Part shown: piece after piece, positions 27,977 through 37,625 of the stretch
Layout: each line of letters opens with the position of its first letter
Numbering within the stretch: position 1 is the stretch's first letter
Sequence record: NC_047880.1
DNA length: 64,000 nucleotides
Reading direction: 5' to 3' (one strand)
Position numbers and translations under genes: made by a program
Notes under the pieces: model-generated
Database searches by the model: none
Told to the model about the DNA's origin: nothing
What the model saw: only the letters and a program-made list of their open reading frames with translations

Positions 27977-28668
27977 ACCTTACTCGTCATCACGCCGTCG
28001 TAGATTCCCATGTTATCAGTGAAACGAGCTAGTGCTTGGTGCACATCATCGTTTTCAAATTCAACAAGGCGCACGTTAGCATTCGTTGCTGTTACGTTCT
28101 TCGTACCCTTCTCTTGAACAAAGAAGGTGGTACCATCATACTTACTGTTATCAGTAAAGAAGACACCATAGGAGGCCCACGATTTTGTACCAGCTTCGAG
28201 AACGAATACGGACGCTTCGAAGAACATGGTGTTCAGGTCAGCACGGTTGTCTTCGATGAATTGTGCGTCTTCGTTATCAGACAGAACAACGTCCAGCGTG
28301 ATAAGTTCGACAGAAGCGGGACTCGACTTTAGCCAGACGCGCATCAAGCGATCAAAGTATTCAGCAAGTGCGCAGCAGATACAGCTACGATTATCAGGGT
28401 CTTTGGCTGCACGAGGGATTGCTGTGATTGCACGATCAGTCATCTTCCAAGAAACGAAATCCGTCTCAAAAGAGCCTGCGTGGTAATCATACTCTTCATC
28501 GTTAATGACAAAGAGGTTGGTGCGCTGAAACGCAATAGATGACAGGACATGCTTTGCGCGAGTCATCAGATCAGCAGGGAATTGAATCATGACACGGGCA
28601 GTAAGAACGCGAGGAACGCCCTTTTCAATGTATGCAAAGTTCATCTTGCGATGTAAGAGCTGGCGCAT
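27973..28668 (-). CDS. Hypothetical protein (231 aa)
   Basis: RBS AAGGA; packed directly after the spike gene. Confidence 0.75.
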   Translation of the reverse strand: MRQLLHRKMNFAYIEKGVPRVLTARVMIQFPADLMTRAKHVLSSIAFQRTNLFVINDEEYDYHAGSFETDFVSWKMTDRAITAIPRAAKDPDNRSCICCALAEYFDRLMRVWLKSSPASVELITLDVVLSDNEDAQFIEDNRADLNTMFFEASVFVLEAGTKSWASYGVFFTDNSKYDGTTFFVQEKGTKNVTATNANVRLVEFENDDVHQALARFTDNMGIYDGVMTSKV

Positions 28669-28677
28669 CGTAGTTCC

Positions 28678-29466
28678 TTAGTTTAAATTGATCGTCTGGC
28701 CATTTACAGTAACTTCCTGACCGGCTTCGATACCGACAGTACCTTTGACTTCGAGCTTATCGTTGCCTTTGATTTTGGTCACACGATTACCATCAATCTC
28801 TACTGTTTGATTGCCTGTGATCTTCGTGTACTGATTCCCAGCATCACCTTTAGCTGTACCTTTAAACTTGATACGCTTCTTCGGGTCCGGCTTCAACGAC
28901 TTCGGAGTCATTGTCGGGTCATTGAGAATGTAATCAGGAATATCGTTCTTAGCGCCAGTGATGATAAGCTGTTGGTTGCCAACGATAGTCTGATTCACAT
29001 CACCCATGATTGTCATATTGAAATCACCAGAGGTCACGAGGAAGTGCTCGTTAGTCATGCGGTCAATAATGAGCTGGGTACCAGTAGACAGACGAACACC
29101 GATACGATGCGGGTAGTTAACGAGAAACTCAGGCAGCATGTCAGCTTGAGTCATACGCACAGCAGTATTGTACATACCCTCATGCAACTGGCCTGTAGGG
29201 AATTTCACATTCACTTTAGCGCCGCGCGTCGGTATGAATGATGCACCGAACACTACACCCTGTGAACCACCTTTAAGACCTTCGAGATGACCGACAGCAG
29301 GACGAATCCACGGGATATCTTCATCTGCTATATCATCGGTCAGCCCCATAATACGCGCACGTATCTGGCCTATCTGACGTGGGTCATTGTTGTCGATAAC
29401 GATTGCCTCATAGTCCATCAGAGGGTCGATACCTTTCTTTGAGTTAACACTGTTCAGAGGAATCAT
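28678..29466 (-). CDS. Baseplate central spike, T4 gp5 / VgrG C-terminal-like (262 aa)
   Basis: OB-fold start EAIVIDNNDPRQIGQIRARI...PWI.P; C-terminal beta-helix repeats (ITGNQTVEIDGNRVTKIKGND). Confidence 0.9.
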   Translation of the reverse strand: MIPLNSVNSKKGIDPLMDYEAIVIDNNDPRQIGQIRARIMGLTDDIADEDIPWIRPAVGHLEGLKGGSQGVVFGASFIPTRGAKVNVKFPTGQLHEGMYNTAVRMTQADMLPEFLVNYPHRIGVRLSTGTQLIIDRMTNEHFLVTSGDFNMTIMGDVNQTIVGNQQLIITGAKNDIPDYILNDPTMTPKSLKPDPKKRIKFKGTAKGDAGNQYTKITGNQTVEIDGNRVTKIKGNDKLEVKGTVGIEAGQEVTVNGQTINLN

Positions 29467-31358
29467 TTATTCACCCGAGGCATATACATTTCAAGTTTCT
29501 CACCGTCTGGTGTTCCGTTCTTGCTTGAACCATCAACAGTACCGTCACCCAGCGAGCACAAGAAGTTACGCAGGTTCTCTTCTTGCTGTCTGATCATCTG
29601 CGCCAGATTCGTACTCGGACCAAGCAGTTTGCTGATAGAGAACGCATCGAGACACTTATCAGGAAGAGCATCATCAGCCATACGCTGCAAGTCATCCAAC
29701 TTGTTAGAGACGCAACGTTGGTTTATCTGAGGACCGTCAAGATATTCAGAAGGGATATCACCATTTGCAATCAGACCGTTCACGTCTTGCGTGAAACCAC
29801 CGAGCATGTTTTCCATACTGTCTATGCGATTAGCAAGACCATCAAGAATACCGCCTTTGTAGTTGATAGCAAGGTTGACACTCAGCTTTTCAAGTTTCGA
29901 CAGAGCGTTACAAATACCTGTAAGGTACTTCGCCATGTTGAATTCTTGCATCAGACTGTTAAGGTAGTCAGCACCCTCGCCGTACTTCGCAGCAAGCTCA
30001 GGGAATTTGAACATCTCACTATCAGTCTGGAACTGGTCGAGCATAACATCAAGCTGTAGGCTGTGCGTCTGTGCAATCCAATCGAGGGGGTTAGAGCCAT
30101 CGAGAGCCTGCTTGATGTTAGAGTTAATCTGGAATGGACGCAGCACGTTAGCCACTGTGTCGAGTGGAGTTTGAATGATATTCGCACCGCCACCTACATT
30201 CGATGTACCTTCAACAGGCGTGAAGTTACGAGACAACAGGAATGCTTCGCTGTACATACCACTGGCAAACGTGCGAGTACGACCAATGACGATCCACTTA
30301 CCTGAAAGCTTATCATCAATCTTCACTTCACGCGATGCACTAATGATACCAGCAGATACATCAACGATATCGAACAGGTCTACTTCTGGACAGCCGCCTA
30401 AGATAAGACAGCGAGCAGTTTCGGTGTACGTCATTGACTGACGCTTGTTCGAATAGTACGCCTGCATGTACTTGTCGTGGATGTTGATATCGTTCGTCGG
30501 ACGGGCATACGCTTTACGTGCACCAGCAATATCACCGCGAGTGTCGCTGTTAATGTTCAGCGGGTCACGGCCTTTGACTGTCACGGTAGAAAGTTCGTTT
30601 GTCTTACCGTCAGAAGAAGACCACAGCAATTTATCACCGTAGTTCGACATACCATTGAAGATGCCGCTCAACGACTTTGGCTTGAACTCATGCAAGTTGT
30701 AGACAGGACGTTTGTCAGCAGGCTTGTGGTTGAACAGCCAGTATGCTTTGGGTTCTTTGTCGAACAAGGCATTGAGATCACGAACGACCATGCGCTTATC
30801 AGCAGTGACAAACATCTTAGGAAGAGCTTCTTCCGATATCCACATATGCTGTGCAATGTCGTTAGCGAATTTCTTAGGGGAACATGTTGCAGATACCCAT
30901 GACATGATATCAGAAGTCTGTAGTCCACCTCCGTCGAACGTAAGGCCACTGAACTTAGCGACTTTAGCCAGAGCATCGAGTGATGTACCACGAATACTGA
31001 AACTGCGAGTATCGAACAAGAAGACAGGCGCATCCAACGCACACACAACACGCAACATGTGAACACCACCCTCGTCATACTCACGAACAGCAAACACACT
31101 GAACGTAAGCGTAGAGGCTGATTCTGCATCAGGGCCTAACACGAGGGTTATCTTGGTGCCATCGACGATAGCATGAGAGGAGCGTAGAATGTTTGTGTGG
31201 TCTGCAAAGATAATCAGAGCGCACGGAATAGCGAATGTGTTTTCGAATACGTGGACGGAGCGCACAAGGTTCGGGGTTGACGGCGGTGCTTTGCCGTCAA
31301 GTAATAGTCCGAAGAAGCCTTGGTCTTTAACGCCGCCAGCAGATACTTGCTCGGCCAT
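29463..31358 (-). CDS. Baseplate hub protein, gp27 / VgrG N-terminal-like (631 aa)
   Basis: Immediately upstream of the spike; GCPEVDLFDIV...LSGKWIV...R hub-like C-terminal motif around aa 340-385, plus a helical extension. Confidence 0.7.
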   Translation of the reverse strand: MAEQVSAGGVKDQGFFGLLLDGKAPPSTPNLVRSVHVFENTFAIPCALIIFADHTNILRSSHAIVDGTKITLVLGPDAESASTLTFSVFAVREYDEGGVHMLRVVCALDAPVFLFDTRSFSIRGTSLDALAKVAKFSGLTFDGGGLQTSDIMSWVSATCSPKKFANDIAQHMWISEEALPKMFVTADKRMVVRDLNALFDKEPKAYWLFNHKPADKRPVYNLHEFKPKSLSGIFNGMSNYGDKLLWSSSDGKTNELSTVTVKGRDPLNINSDTRGDIAGARKAYARPTNDINIHDKYMQAYYSNKRQSMTYTETARCLILGGCPEVDLFDIVDVSAGIISASREVKIDDKLSGKWIVIGRTRTFASGMYSEAFLLSRNFTPVEGTSNVGGGANIIQTPLDTVANVLRPFQINSNIKQALDGSNPLDWIAQTHSLQLDVMLDQFQTDSEMFKFPELAAKYGEGADYLNSLMQEFNMAKYLTGICNALSKLEKLSVNLAINYKGGILDGLANRIDSMENMLGGFTQDVNGLIANGDIPSEYLDGPQINQRCVSNKLDDLQRMADDALPDKCLDAFSISKLLGPSTNLAQMIRQQEENLRNFLCSLGDGTVDGSSKNGTPDGEKLEMYMPRVNK

Positions 31359-31360
31359 GA

Positions 31361-31795
31361 TTATTCCTTAGCATCAATCTCACGCGCAAGGTTCTTCAAC
31401 TGCACTGACAGAATCTTTAACTCAGCAGAATCAGCAGGCATGTTGAAGCCACCACGTGCCGGTTTGATCTCAGCATCTTTTTTGGTGTTGTACCATTTAC
31501 GGAACGCAACGACAGGTGAACCTTTATCGTCAGTAGAAAGCTCAACAGACAACCAGCCGTGCTCACCAGTTTTGATTCGGAAAGGCACAGGCTCAGATGT
31601 TTCTTTGCGTGTAACTTTCTTCTCTTTACTTGGCTTCTCTTTCGATACAGCAGGCTTCTCAGCTTTTACTTTCTTTTTCTTAGGCTTTTTGATTTCAGTG
31701 TCATCAGAAGCTTTCTCAACAGGCTTATCACGCTTCAAAGTCTTCTTGATCTTCTTCGCCTTAGAACCAACAATTTTACCGTTCACCATAGCCAT
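31361..31795 (-). CDS. PC4-like ssDNA-binding protein with Lys-rich N-terminal tail (144 aa)
   Basis: LSVE...GSPVVAFRKWY...EIKPARGGFNM matches the PC4 (p15/KELP) VDIRxWY...KPxxxGIxL pattern. Confidence 0.7.
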   Translation of the reverse strand: MAMVNGKIVGSKAKKIKKTLKRDKPVEKASDDTEIKKPKKKKVKAEKPAVSKEKPSKEKKVTRKETSEPVPFRIKTGEHGWLSVELSTDDKGSPVVAFRKWYNTKKDAEIKPARGGFNMPADSAELKILSVQLKNLAREIDAKE

Positions 31796-32085
31796 TATAT
31801 CTGCGTCCTCTTTATTTGTTTTATTGCGGCACTCGGTGCTTTGCGAGGCAGAGCTACCATCATACCAGCAACTAACTCAGACGGATGAACAAGACCGTTC
31901 GCAATCAGAATCAGATGCCAGTATGCGTTAGTGCCATATTGGTTGTAAGACAGCAACTGTGGATTGCCCTCCATCGAAGCGTCAATGCGTATTGAATCGA
32001 ATAATGCGGAGTCAACATCACTGAATGCTTTCATCGTTAGAGGGTCAATTCCCCAGGCGTCAATCACTGCGATAGTTTCAGCCAT
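31795..32085 (-). CDS. Baseplate wedge LysM/gp53-like protein (96 aa)
   Basis: LLSYNQYGTNAYWHLILIANGL.HP.EL..G motif. Confidence 0.8.
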   Translation of the reverse strand: MAETIAVIDAWGIDPLTMKAFSDVDSALFDSIRIDASMEGNPQLLSYNQYGTNAYWHLILIANGLVHPSELVAGMMVALPRKAPSAAIKQIKRTQI

Positions 32086-32876
32086 TTGCGTAGGTCCTGT
32101 CGAGTCACAGCAAAGTAACTTGATACTTGAAGGATGAAGTCAACGCTGATAGGGTTACCAGTACCATCTTCCCATACGTTGTCGAAGTTAGCACTCACGC
32201 TATCAACAACACACGGACTCATTGAGAAGAAATTACCGATATCAACAAAGAAGGCTTCATTGTCTTCAAGTACATTGCCTAGTGCTGCATTCGCTGCGTC
32301 AGCACCTCCACCACTAGCAGCCAGTGTGAGTGTTTCCATACTGACTGACTTCAATGGACTTGGGCCTGGAGGTACTAGCAGACCGCCGACTTCTGACGGT
32401 GCGCACAGGGAAAGCAGGCTGACTGTCGTCTCAACTACTTCACTGCGTGTATCTGAATAAGCATCAACGAAGATAGGAAGGTTGAGCGACATATAGCTCG
32501 GACCTCCCCATACACGCGCACTAGCTAACTTGTGCATCGAACTAGCACCAGCGAACTTGAGAGCTTTATCAGCACGACCTGCGTTAGCAGCAACGAAGTC
32601 ACCGGCAGCACCAATCTTTCCGCCTACACCACCGAGAGCGCCACCGAGATTACCAGCAACATCTGCGATTGATGTATCAGCGAAAGGTGCTGTCCATGAA
32701 CTTGACAAGTCGAACGCGAAGTCAGGTGGCACAAACCCGCTGAACTTGATTGTACCGCTTTTGTTATAGATGCGAACCCGATACATGTTATCGACTGTCA
32801 TGATATCTTCACGAGTTCGCGTAGCGCCAACAGCGGTTGGTGTACCGCCATCGGCTGGCATTAAGTAGTTAGCCAC
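32064..32876 (-). CDS. Tail tube initiator / gp48-like protein (270 aa)
   Basis: WGGPS...L.LPI, V.IG..F....CVV.SVS..FD and P..VD..L motifs; position between the tape-measure-like and LysM genes. Confidence 0.6.
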   Translation of the reverse strand: MANYLMPADGGTPTAVGATRTREDIMTVDNMYRVRIYNKSGTIKFSGFVPPDFAFDLSSSWTAPFADTSIADVAGNLGGALGGVGGKIGAAGDFVAANAGRADKALKFAGASSMHKLASARVWGGPSYMSLNLPIFVDAYSDTRSEVVETTVSLLSLCAPSEVGGLLVPPGPSPLKSVSMETLTLAASGGGADAANAALGNVLEDNEAFFVDIGNFFSMSPCVVDSVSANFDNVWEDGTGNPISVDFILQVSSYFAVTRQDLRKWLKLSQ

Positions 32877-32886
32877 AGAGACTCCT

Positions 32887-35565
32887 TTACATGTAGCCCA
32901 TCGTAATCATATTCAGCATCGGGTCATCCAAGAACACTGGAATTGAATCGAGTGAGTGAGCACTGCCTGGACTTTGCCCAGCTTTGTTCGAAGAACTAGG
33001 GCGTGATGTTGCGCCACCCGAAGGTGCAGGTGCAGCAGCTTGTTGAACTACTTGCGCAGGCTCAGGAGCTTCACGTCGAGCTACGTCACCCTCAGTAACT
33101 AAAGGTTCACGCTCAACTGTCTCTGTAGGTTTCTGAACAGGTGTTATAGTTGATTCAGAACGCGGTACAAGATCTTGCAGGTGTTTCGCATACTGCTCAG
33201 GTGTCTCTTTTGGCAGAGAAGGTCCTTTAGCAGTCAGATCAGGTACAGGCTGTGCATCAACACTTGTATTCGACGTATCTAAACTGCCATCGCCCTTAGG
33301 TAAATCAGGGAATTTAGCAGCGATCTTCGCATCAAGTTCTTCGTCACCTGTCTTAGTCTTATTTACAGAGTTTTTCTTCTGGTCCGCATCAGCAACCTTG
33401 AGCAACACGTCCTTCTCGTTCTTCGCTCGCATCGCTACGGATTGCTGCGTCTGAGCATCAGAGGACTTGAAATACTTGTCAGTCGTAGCGGCCTTGTAGT
33501 CCTGAATAGCGCTGATAAGTTCTGGGTCGGACATTGCATTAACGTCTTTCCCCTCAAGCGCTTTCGACACAACAGAAGTACCTGAACCGTACTGAACAGC
33601 AGTCGAGTAAAGCAGTTCTTTAACGCCAGCACCACGAGACGACAGGTCAACACCCACATCGTTCTGCGTCTTAGCAACAAGAGGTGCGTAGTGAGTACGA
33701 GTGATATAGTCGGACTGTGCTTTATCCAGTTCAGCACCCTGTGTATTAGCAACGTCCTTATAAACAGAGTTGAACTGTTCTGTACCAGGAGCAAGGCCAC
33801 CAAAGCGCTGCAAGAACGGTTGGCCTTCTTTCGAGTTCAAGAAGTTCATCATGCTGCCGTTGTTCGTAGCGAGCTGGTGCTTACCGTAAGACACACCGCC
33901 GTAATCGCCTTTACCCGTCGATACAGTACCTACGCCTTTGCCACCAGATTCAAACTGTTCTGATACTGCACCTAATCCACCCTCAGCAATAGCTTTCTGG
34001 GCAATGTCAGTTACTTGCTTGCTGTCGAGACGTTGAGCAGGACGCGCACGTTGAGGCCCGCCATAAGTACCACCGCCACCGCCCGGCATCATCATTGGCA
34101 TTGCAGCGCCACCTAAAGCAAAAGGCATCATCACAGGAGCAGGGAATTTCGCTTTGTTCTGATTCTCAGCAGTGGTGTCGTTATACTCGTCCATCTTTTC
34201 TTTACGGTCTTTCTCACCCTCTGCGAGCATGTCATCGGATTCGTCAGTTACTTTATCTGCAACGTACTCACCGACTTTACTGCCTATCGCATCACCCAAC
34301 ATGCCACCAAGAGTAGCACCGAGTGCAGCACCAGCAATAGTACCTGGGCCAGGAATGATTGAACCGAGAATGCCGCCAATCCAGCCACCAGCGATAGCAC
34401 CGACTGAACCTCCAGTTGCTCCGCCAACAGCACCACCAGCAGTTGTCTTATACGCTTTCTCTTTCTCAGCTTCTGTCATCGTGTCATCGGCTTTGATGTG
34501 CTGCATATCGTTAGCAGCCATGAGGCCGTTACCTAGTACAGCGCCGACAACAGGAATACGTTTACTCGCAGCCATTAGCGCAAGTGACGCGCCAGAAACA
34601 GCGAGGTCTTGAGCTTCTGACGGTTCTTTCGTCTTAGACTCTGCGGGCTTAGCTTCTGGTTCATCTGTCTTAGGCTTAGCAGCATTGACAGGTGCTTGAT
34701 CAACAGGCTTAGGCTGTATCTGGTCAGGAGTACCAGCACCGCCATTCTCTGCGTTATCTTCTACGAACTCTTCCTGTGAGTTTTCTTTCAGCTTGTTACC
34801 AGCATAAAGAGCAGCACCAGCAACAGCACCGATAGCGAGAGCAGCACCGAGCTTGCCTTTGAACATACGCTTCCAGCCGCCACCGCGAGGTAAACGACGA
34901 CCAGGACCACGTCTGTTTCCACGGCCACGGCCATAACGACGTCCGCGTTTCTTGCGTCTACGTCGTTCATCACCACCATTATCTTCTAAGCCACCACCAT
35001 TGTCGTCGTCGTTGCTATCATCATTAGCAGGATCGTTTACAGGACGTGGGCCACCTGCACCCGGTTGTTGACCTAGTGGATCTGACTTAGCTTTGTTCTT
35101 CTCTTTGAATGCCTCACTCTTCTCCCAGCGTAACCAGTCTTCAAGCGCTTTCTGTGTCTTAGCACTTACAGCGTTACCGTCACGAATAGCATGGACGATA
35201 TCTTCACCCGAACGTTCACCAGCAATGAATAGTTCTTCGATTGCGGATTCAACTTGACGTGGGTTAGGTGGCTGTTGATTGACAGCACGAGGCTGTGGAG
35301 ATTGAGTGACTGTTATGTCAATCTGTCGGGCTTTCTCTTTCTCGGCACGACGTTGACGCGCTTCCTTGTTCTTTGCACGGGAGCCAGGACCTACATAATA
35401 CTCTTGGTCGTCGTCTTCGGTCTCGCCTAAGTTATCGAATGAGAAATCAGGCTTTGACGATTTACGTTTATTACGAGGCATACCAGCGACAGAAGAACTC
35501 ATACTGTCTGCATGTTCGATCATCAGTTCGAGTGCAGTCAGTTCCTTCTTATTAGCCTGAGCCAT
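32887..35565 (-). CDS. Tape-measure-like tail protein with lysozyme-like domain (892 aa)
   Basis: Gly/Ala-rich hydrophobic zipper (GGAVGGATGGSVGAIAGGWIGG...) and SEQFESGG...GGVSYGKHQL lysozyme-like motif. Confidence 0.65.
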   Translation of the reverse strand: MAQANKKELTALELMIEHADSMSSSVAGMPRNKRKSSKPDFSFDNLGETEDDDQEYYVGPGSRAKNKEARQRRAEKEKARQIDITVTQSPQPRAVNQQPPNPRQVESAIEELFIAGERSGEDIVHAIRDGNAVSAKTQKALEDWLRWEKSEAFKEKNKAKSDPLGQQPGAGGPRPVNDPANDDSNDDDNGGGLEDNGGDERRRRKKRGRRYGRGRGNRRGPGRRLPRGGGWKRMFKGKLGAALAIGAVAGAALYAGNKLKENSQEEFVEDNAENGGAGTPDQIQPKPVDQAPVNAAKPKTDEPEAKPAESKTKEPSEAQDLAVSGASLALMAASKRIPVVGAVLGNGLMAANDMQHIKADDTMTEAEKEKAYKTTAGGAVGGATGGSVGAIAGGWIGGILGSIIPGPGTIAGAALGATLGGMLGDAIGSKVGEYVADKVTDESDDMLAEGEKDRKEKMDEYNDTTAENQNKAKFPAPVMMPFALGGAAMPMMMPGGGGGTYGGPQRARPAQRLDSKQVTDIAQKAIAEGGLGAVSEQFESGGKGVGTVSTGKGDYGGVSYGKHQLATNNGSMMNFLNSKEGQPFLQRFGGLAPGTEQFNSVYKDVANTQGAELDKAQSDYITRTHYAPLVAKTQNDVGVDLSSRGAGVKELLYSTAVQYGSGTSVVSKALEGKDVNAMSDPELISAIQDYKAATTDKYFKSSDAQTQQSVAMRAKNEKDVLLKVADADQKKNSVNKTKTGDEELDAKIAAKFPDLPKGDGSLDTSNTSVDAQPVPDLTAKGPSLPKETPEQYAKHLQDLVPRSESTITPVQKPTETVEREPLVTEGDVARREAPEPAQVVQQAAAPAPSGGATSRPSSSNKAGQSPGSAHSLDSIPVFLDDPMLNMITMGYM

Positions 35566-36416
35566 TAACCACCTCGTCCGCCTCTACCTCTACCAGCAGC
35601 CTTAGCCAATGCTCGCGCTTCTTCTGCGCGTTGCTTGTCTTGAACGTATGCGCTATGCCAGTAAAGCAGTTTGTTTATCGTGATATCATCAGGCACGTAG
35701 ATGTTTTTCGCAGACGCAAGGTCGAGCGTCATGTTCATCATAGACGTGTCGGAGTAAACACGGAAGAAGCCAAGAATATTAATCGCATTCTTGTACTTGT
35801 ATGTACGGAAGCAACGGTTGCACTTGTGCGTTGTCTCAAGCTCACAACTGATATACACGTACTGTCCTGCATTGATTACTTCGCTAGGATTCACGTAGTC
35901 AATCGTTCGGTCGAGACTCAGATCGCTATCAATGTACATCGCGTTGGTCACTATCGTTCTGTCCATTGTTTCAGACAACAACTCAGCTTCAATCCAACGA
36001 CCAACTGTTGGGTGTCGAAGTCCTTCTGGCAGGTCACGCCATTTGTGCTCTATCACTTTATGACGCATAACGTCTTCGGTGTTAAGCAACTTACAAGGAA
36101 CTTCAACGTACTTACGACCATGCGGCCTTTCGTAATGAGTCATACCTTGCATGTCTACAAAGTAGTTCATCGAGCAGCGCCACTCAAACATACGGTGCGA
36201 CTGCGGCCAGCTATTTTTGTCGAACATAGCAATCATATAACGGAAGTCTTCCAGATACATCTCACGGAGATTAACGTTAGTGAAGCGCTGCAACGTATCG
36301 ACAAAGAGGTCGGGCAGTTTATACTTCTGTGCGTTGTACAAGCTGGACATTGCATCTGCCGTGACTTGATGAATACGCACATCTGACCGACCGGAAGGTA
36401 GGTATATCTCTAACAT
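35565..36416 (-). CDS. Baseplate hub assembly protein, gp26-like (283 aa)
   Basis: LPSG start; C-terminal CxxC (KCNRC); paralogous to the upstream gene. Confidence 0.55.
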   Translation of the reverse strand: MLEIYLPSGRSDVRIHQVTADAMSSLYNAQKYKLPDLFVDTLQRFTNVNLREMYLEDFRYMIAMFDKNSWPQSHRMFEWRCSMNYFVDMQGMTHYERPHGRKYVEVPCKLLNTEDVMRHKVIEHKWRDLPEGLRHPTVGRWIEAELLSETMDRTIVTNAMYIDSDLSLDRTIDYVNPSEVINAGQYVYISCELETTHKCNRCFRTYKYKNAINILGFFRVYSDTSMMNMTLDLASAKNIYVPDDITINKLLYWHSAYVQDKQRAEEARALAKAAGRGRGGRGG

Positions 36417-37099
36417 TAGCTAATGAAGATCGCAGGAGTCATTTCCCACTGACGATCAGAAGCACGTTGACAGCTCGGACAGGTCAATTCGATCTCAGTG
36501 CGTACACCGTGAACAGAAGCACGAACCCACTCAGACAACTCAGTCCATAGAGTCAAGTCGGTTTGTTCTTCAAGACGTGCTACGTTCCTGTCGAAGTTCG
36601 GTCCCATGTGCGCGGCGTGCCAGTTGAACATATCGACAACCGCTTTATCATAGTGACGCATACGCGCAAGGTCGAACGTGTCATGCTCTGCAACGAGACG
36701 AGAAATAGTCATGGAAGATTCATCAATCACACCGACGTTGTTCGCAGCACACGGGAAGGTATTGATAGCACCACCTTCAGGTCGAATGTGCTTTGAAAGT
36801 CCATCGGAGTATTCAAACAGTGGTTTACTGCAACGCCAGTAAGTGCGAAGCGGTGCAACGGAATTCATGAACATACGCTGTTGGAATACGAGAGCGTGTG
36901 CATCCTGAATAGTAAACTCTTCAAGCGGTACGCTAAGACAAGGCGAGAGTGCATCAATAAGGATATGACGCAACTCTTTTGTCTCAACTGCTTTAGAAAT
37001 GAAACGCATCTCAGAACCGCCGAACATGCGCATCTCAAAAACAGCAGGTATTTGTGACTTGTACCCACCAGAAGGTAAACTAGCTGTTTGAATTTCCAT
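36416..37099 (-). CDS. Baseplate hub assembly protein, gp26-like (227 aa)
   Basis: LPSGG start; ends HGVRTEIELTCPSC, as in T4 gp26-like proteins. Confidence 0.6.
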   Translation of the reverse strand: MEIQTASLPSGGYKSQIPAVFEMRMFGGSEMRFISKAVETKELRHILIDALSPCLSVPLEEFTIQDAHALVFQQRMFMNSVAPLRTYWRCSKPLFEYSDGLSKHIRPEGGAINTFPCAANNVGVIDESSMTISRLVAEHDTFDLARMRHYDKAVVDMFNWHAAHMGPNFDRNVARLEEQTDLTLWTELSEWVRASVHGVRTEIELTCPSCQRASDRQWEMTPAIFIS

Positions 37100-37108
37100 A
37101 ACGTATTC

Positions 37109-37621
37109 TCATATAACAGGACGTGAAACATCAATAGCCATTTGCATAGACCAAACAGCACGACCACCAGTACCATTAAGCTGTAAGCCCTGCCCGCCAA
37201 TAGGCCAGCAGTTACGAAGCTCTTGATAACCAATCATCGTACCTTGTCCATCATACAGCTCGACGATAATGTTTTTCTTATACACAGAGGGCAAACGGAA
37301 ACCGCCTGTATACGGGTTTTGAATTAAGCTCTGCCAAGCATTGAAGTATTTCATGGCAGCCAGCTTCTGGTCCAAGCCGAACATCAAACTGAATCCATCG
37401 ACGCTTGAACTCTGAGGCGTATGAATAGCGACTGACGCTACCTCTTTGGACTTCATCTGATAGACAGAGAATGGCAGTTCGACTTCTTCACACGCGAATG
37501 GGCTTAACGAGAATCCCCCGATAGCAGGGAATGAACGTACACGCCACTTATCTTGCATGAATGGATCATCAAGGCCGGGAGCAGAGCTATCTTGCAAGTC
37601 AGCAAGCGTCGGCAGTGGCAT
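37109..37621 (-). CDS. Tail tube-like protein (gp19/gp54-like paralog, 170 aa)
   Basis: DP...DKW.V, YFNAWQSLI.NP..G, YKKNI.V..YD and L.NCWP are typical of the gp19 family. Confidence 0.75.
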   Translation of the reverse strand: MPLPTLADLQDSSAPGLDDPFMQDKWRVRSFPAIGGFSLSPFACEEVELPFSVYQMKSKEVASVAIHTPQSSSVDGFSLMFGLDQKLAAMKYFNAWQSLIQNPYTGGFRLPSVYKKNIIVELYDGQGTMIGYQELRNCWPIGGQGLQLNGTGGRAVWSMQMAIDVSRPVI

Positions 37622-37625
37622 GGGT

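Noticed and set aside
36441-36447. GGGAAAT slippery heptamer near the end of a chaperone-like gene upstream of the tape-measure-like gene
   Set aside because: It is in the xGG-GAA-ATx frame rather than X-XXY-YYZ, and the next gene has its own TAATG coupled start.
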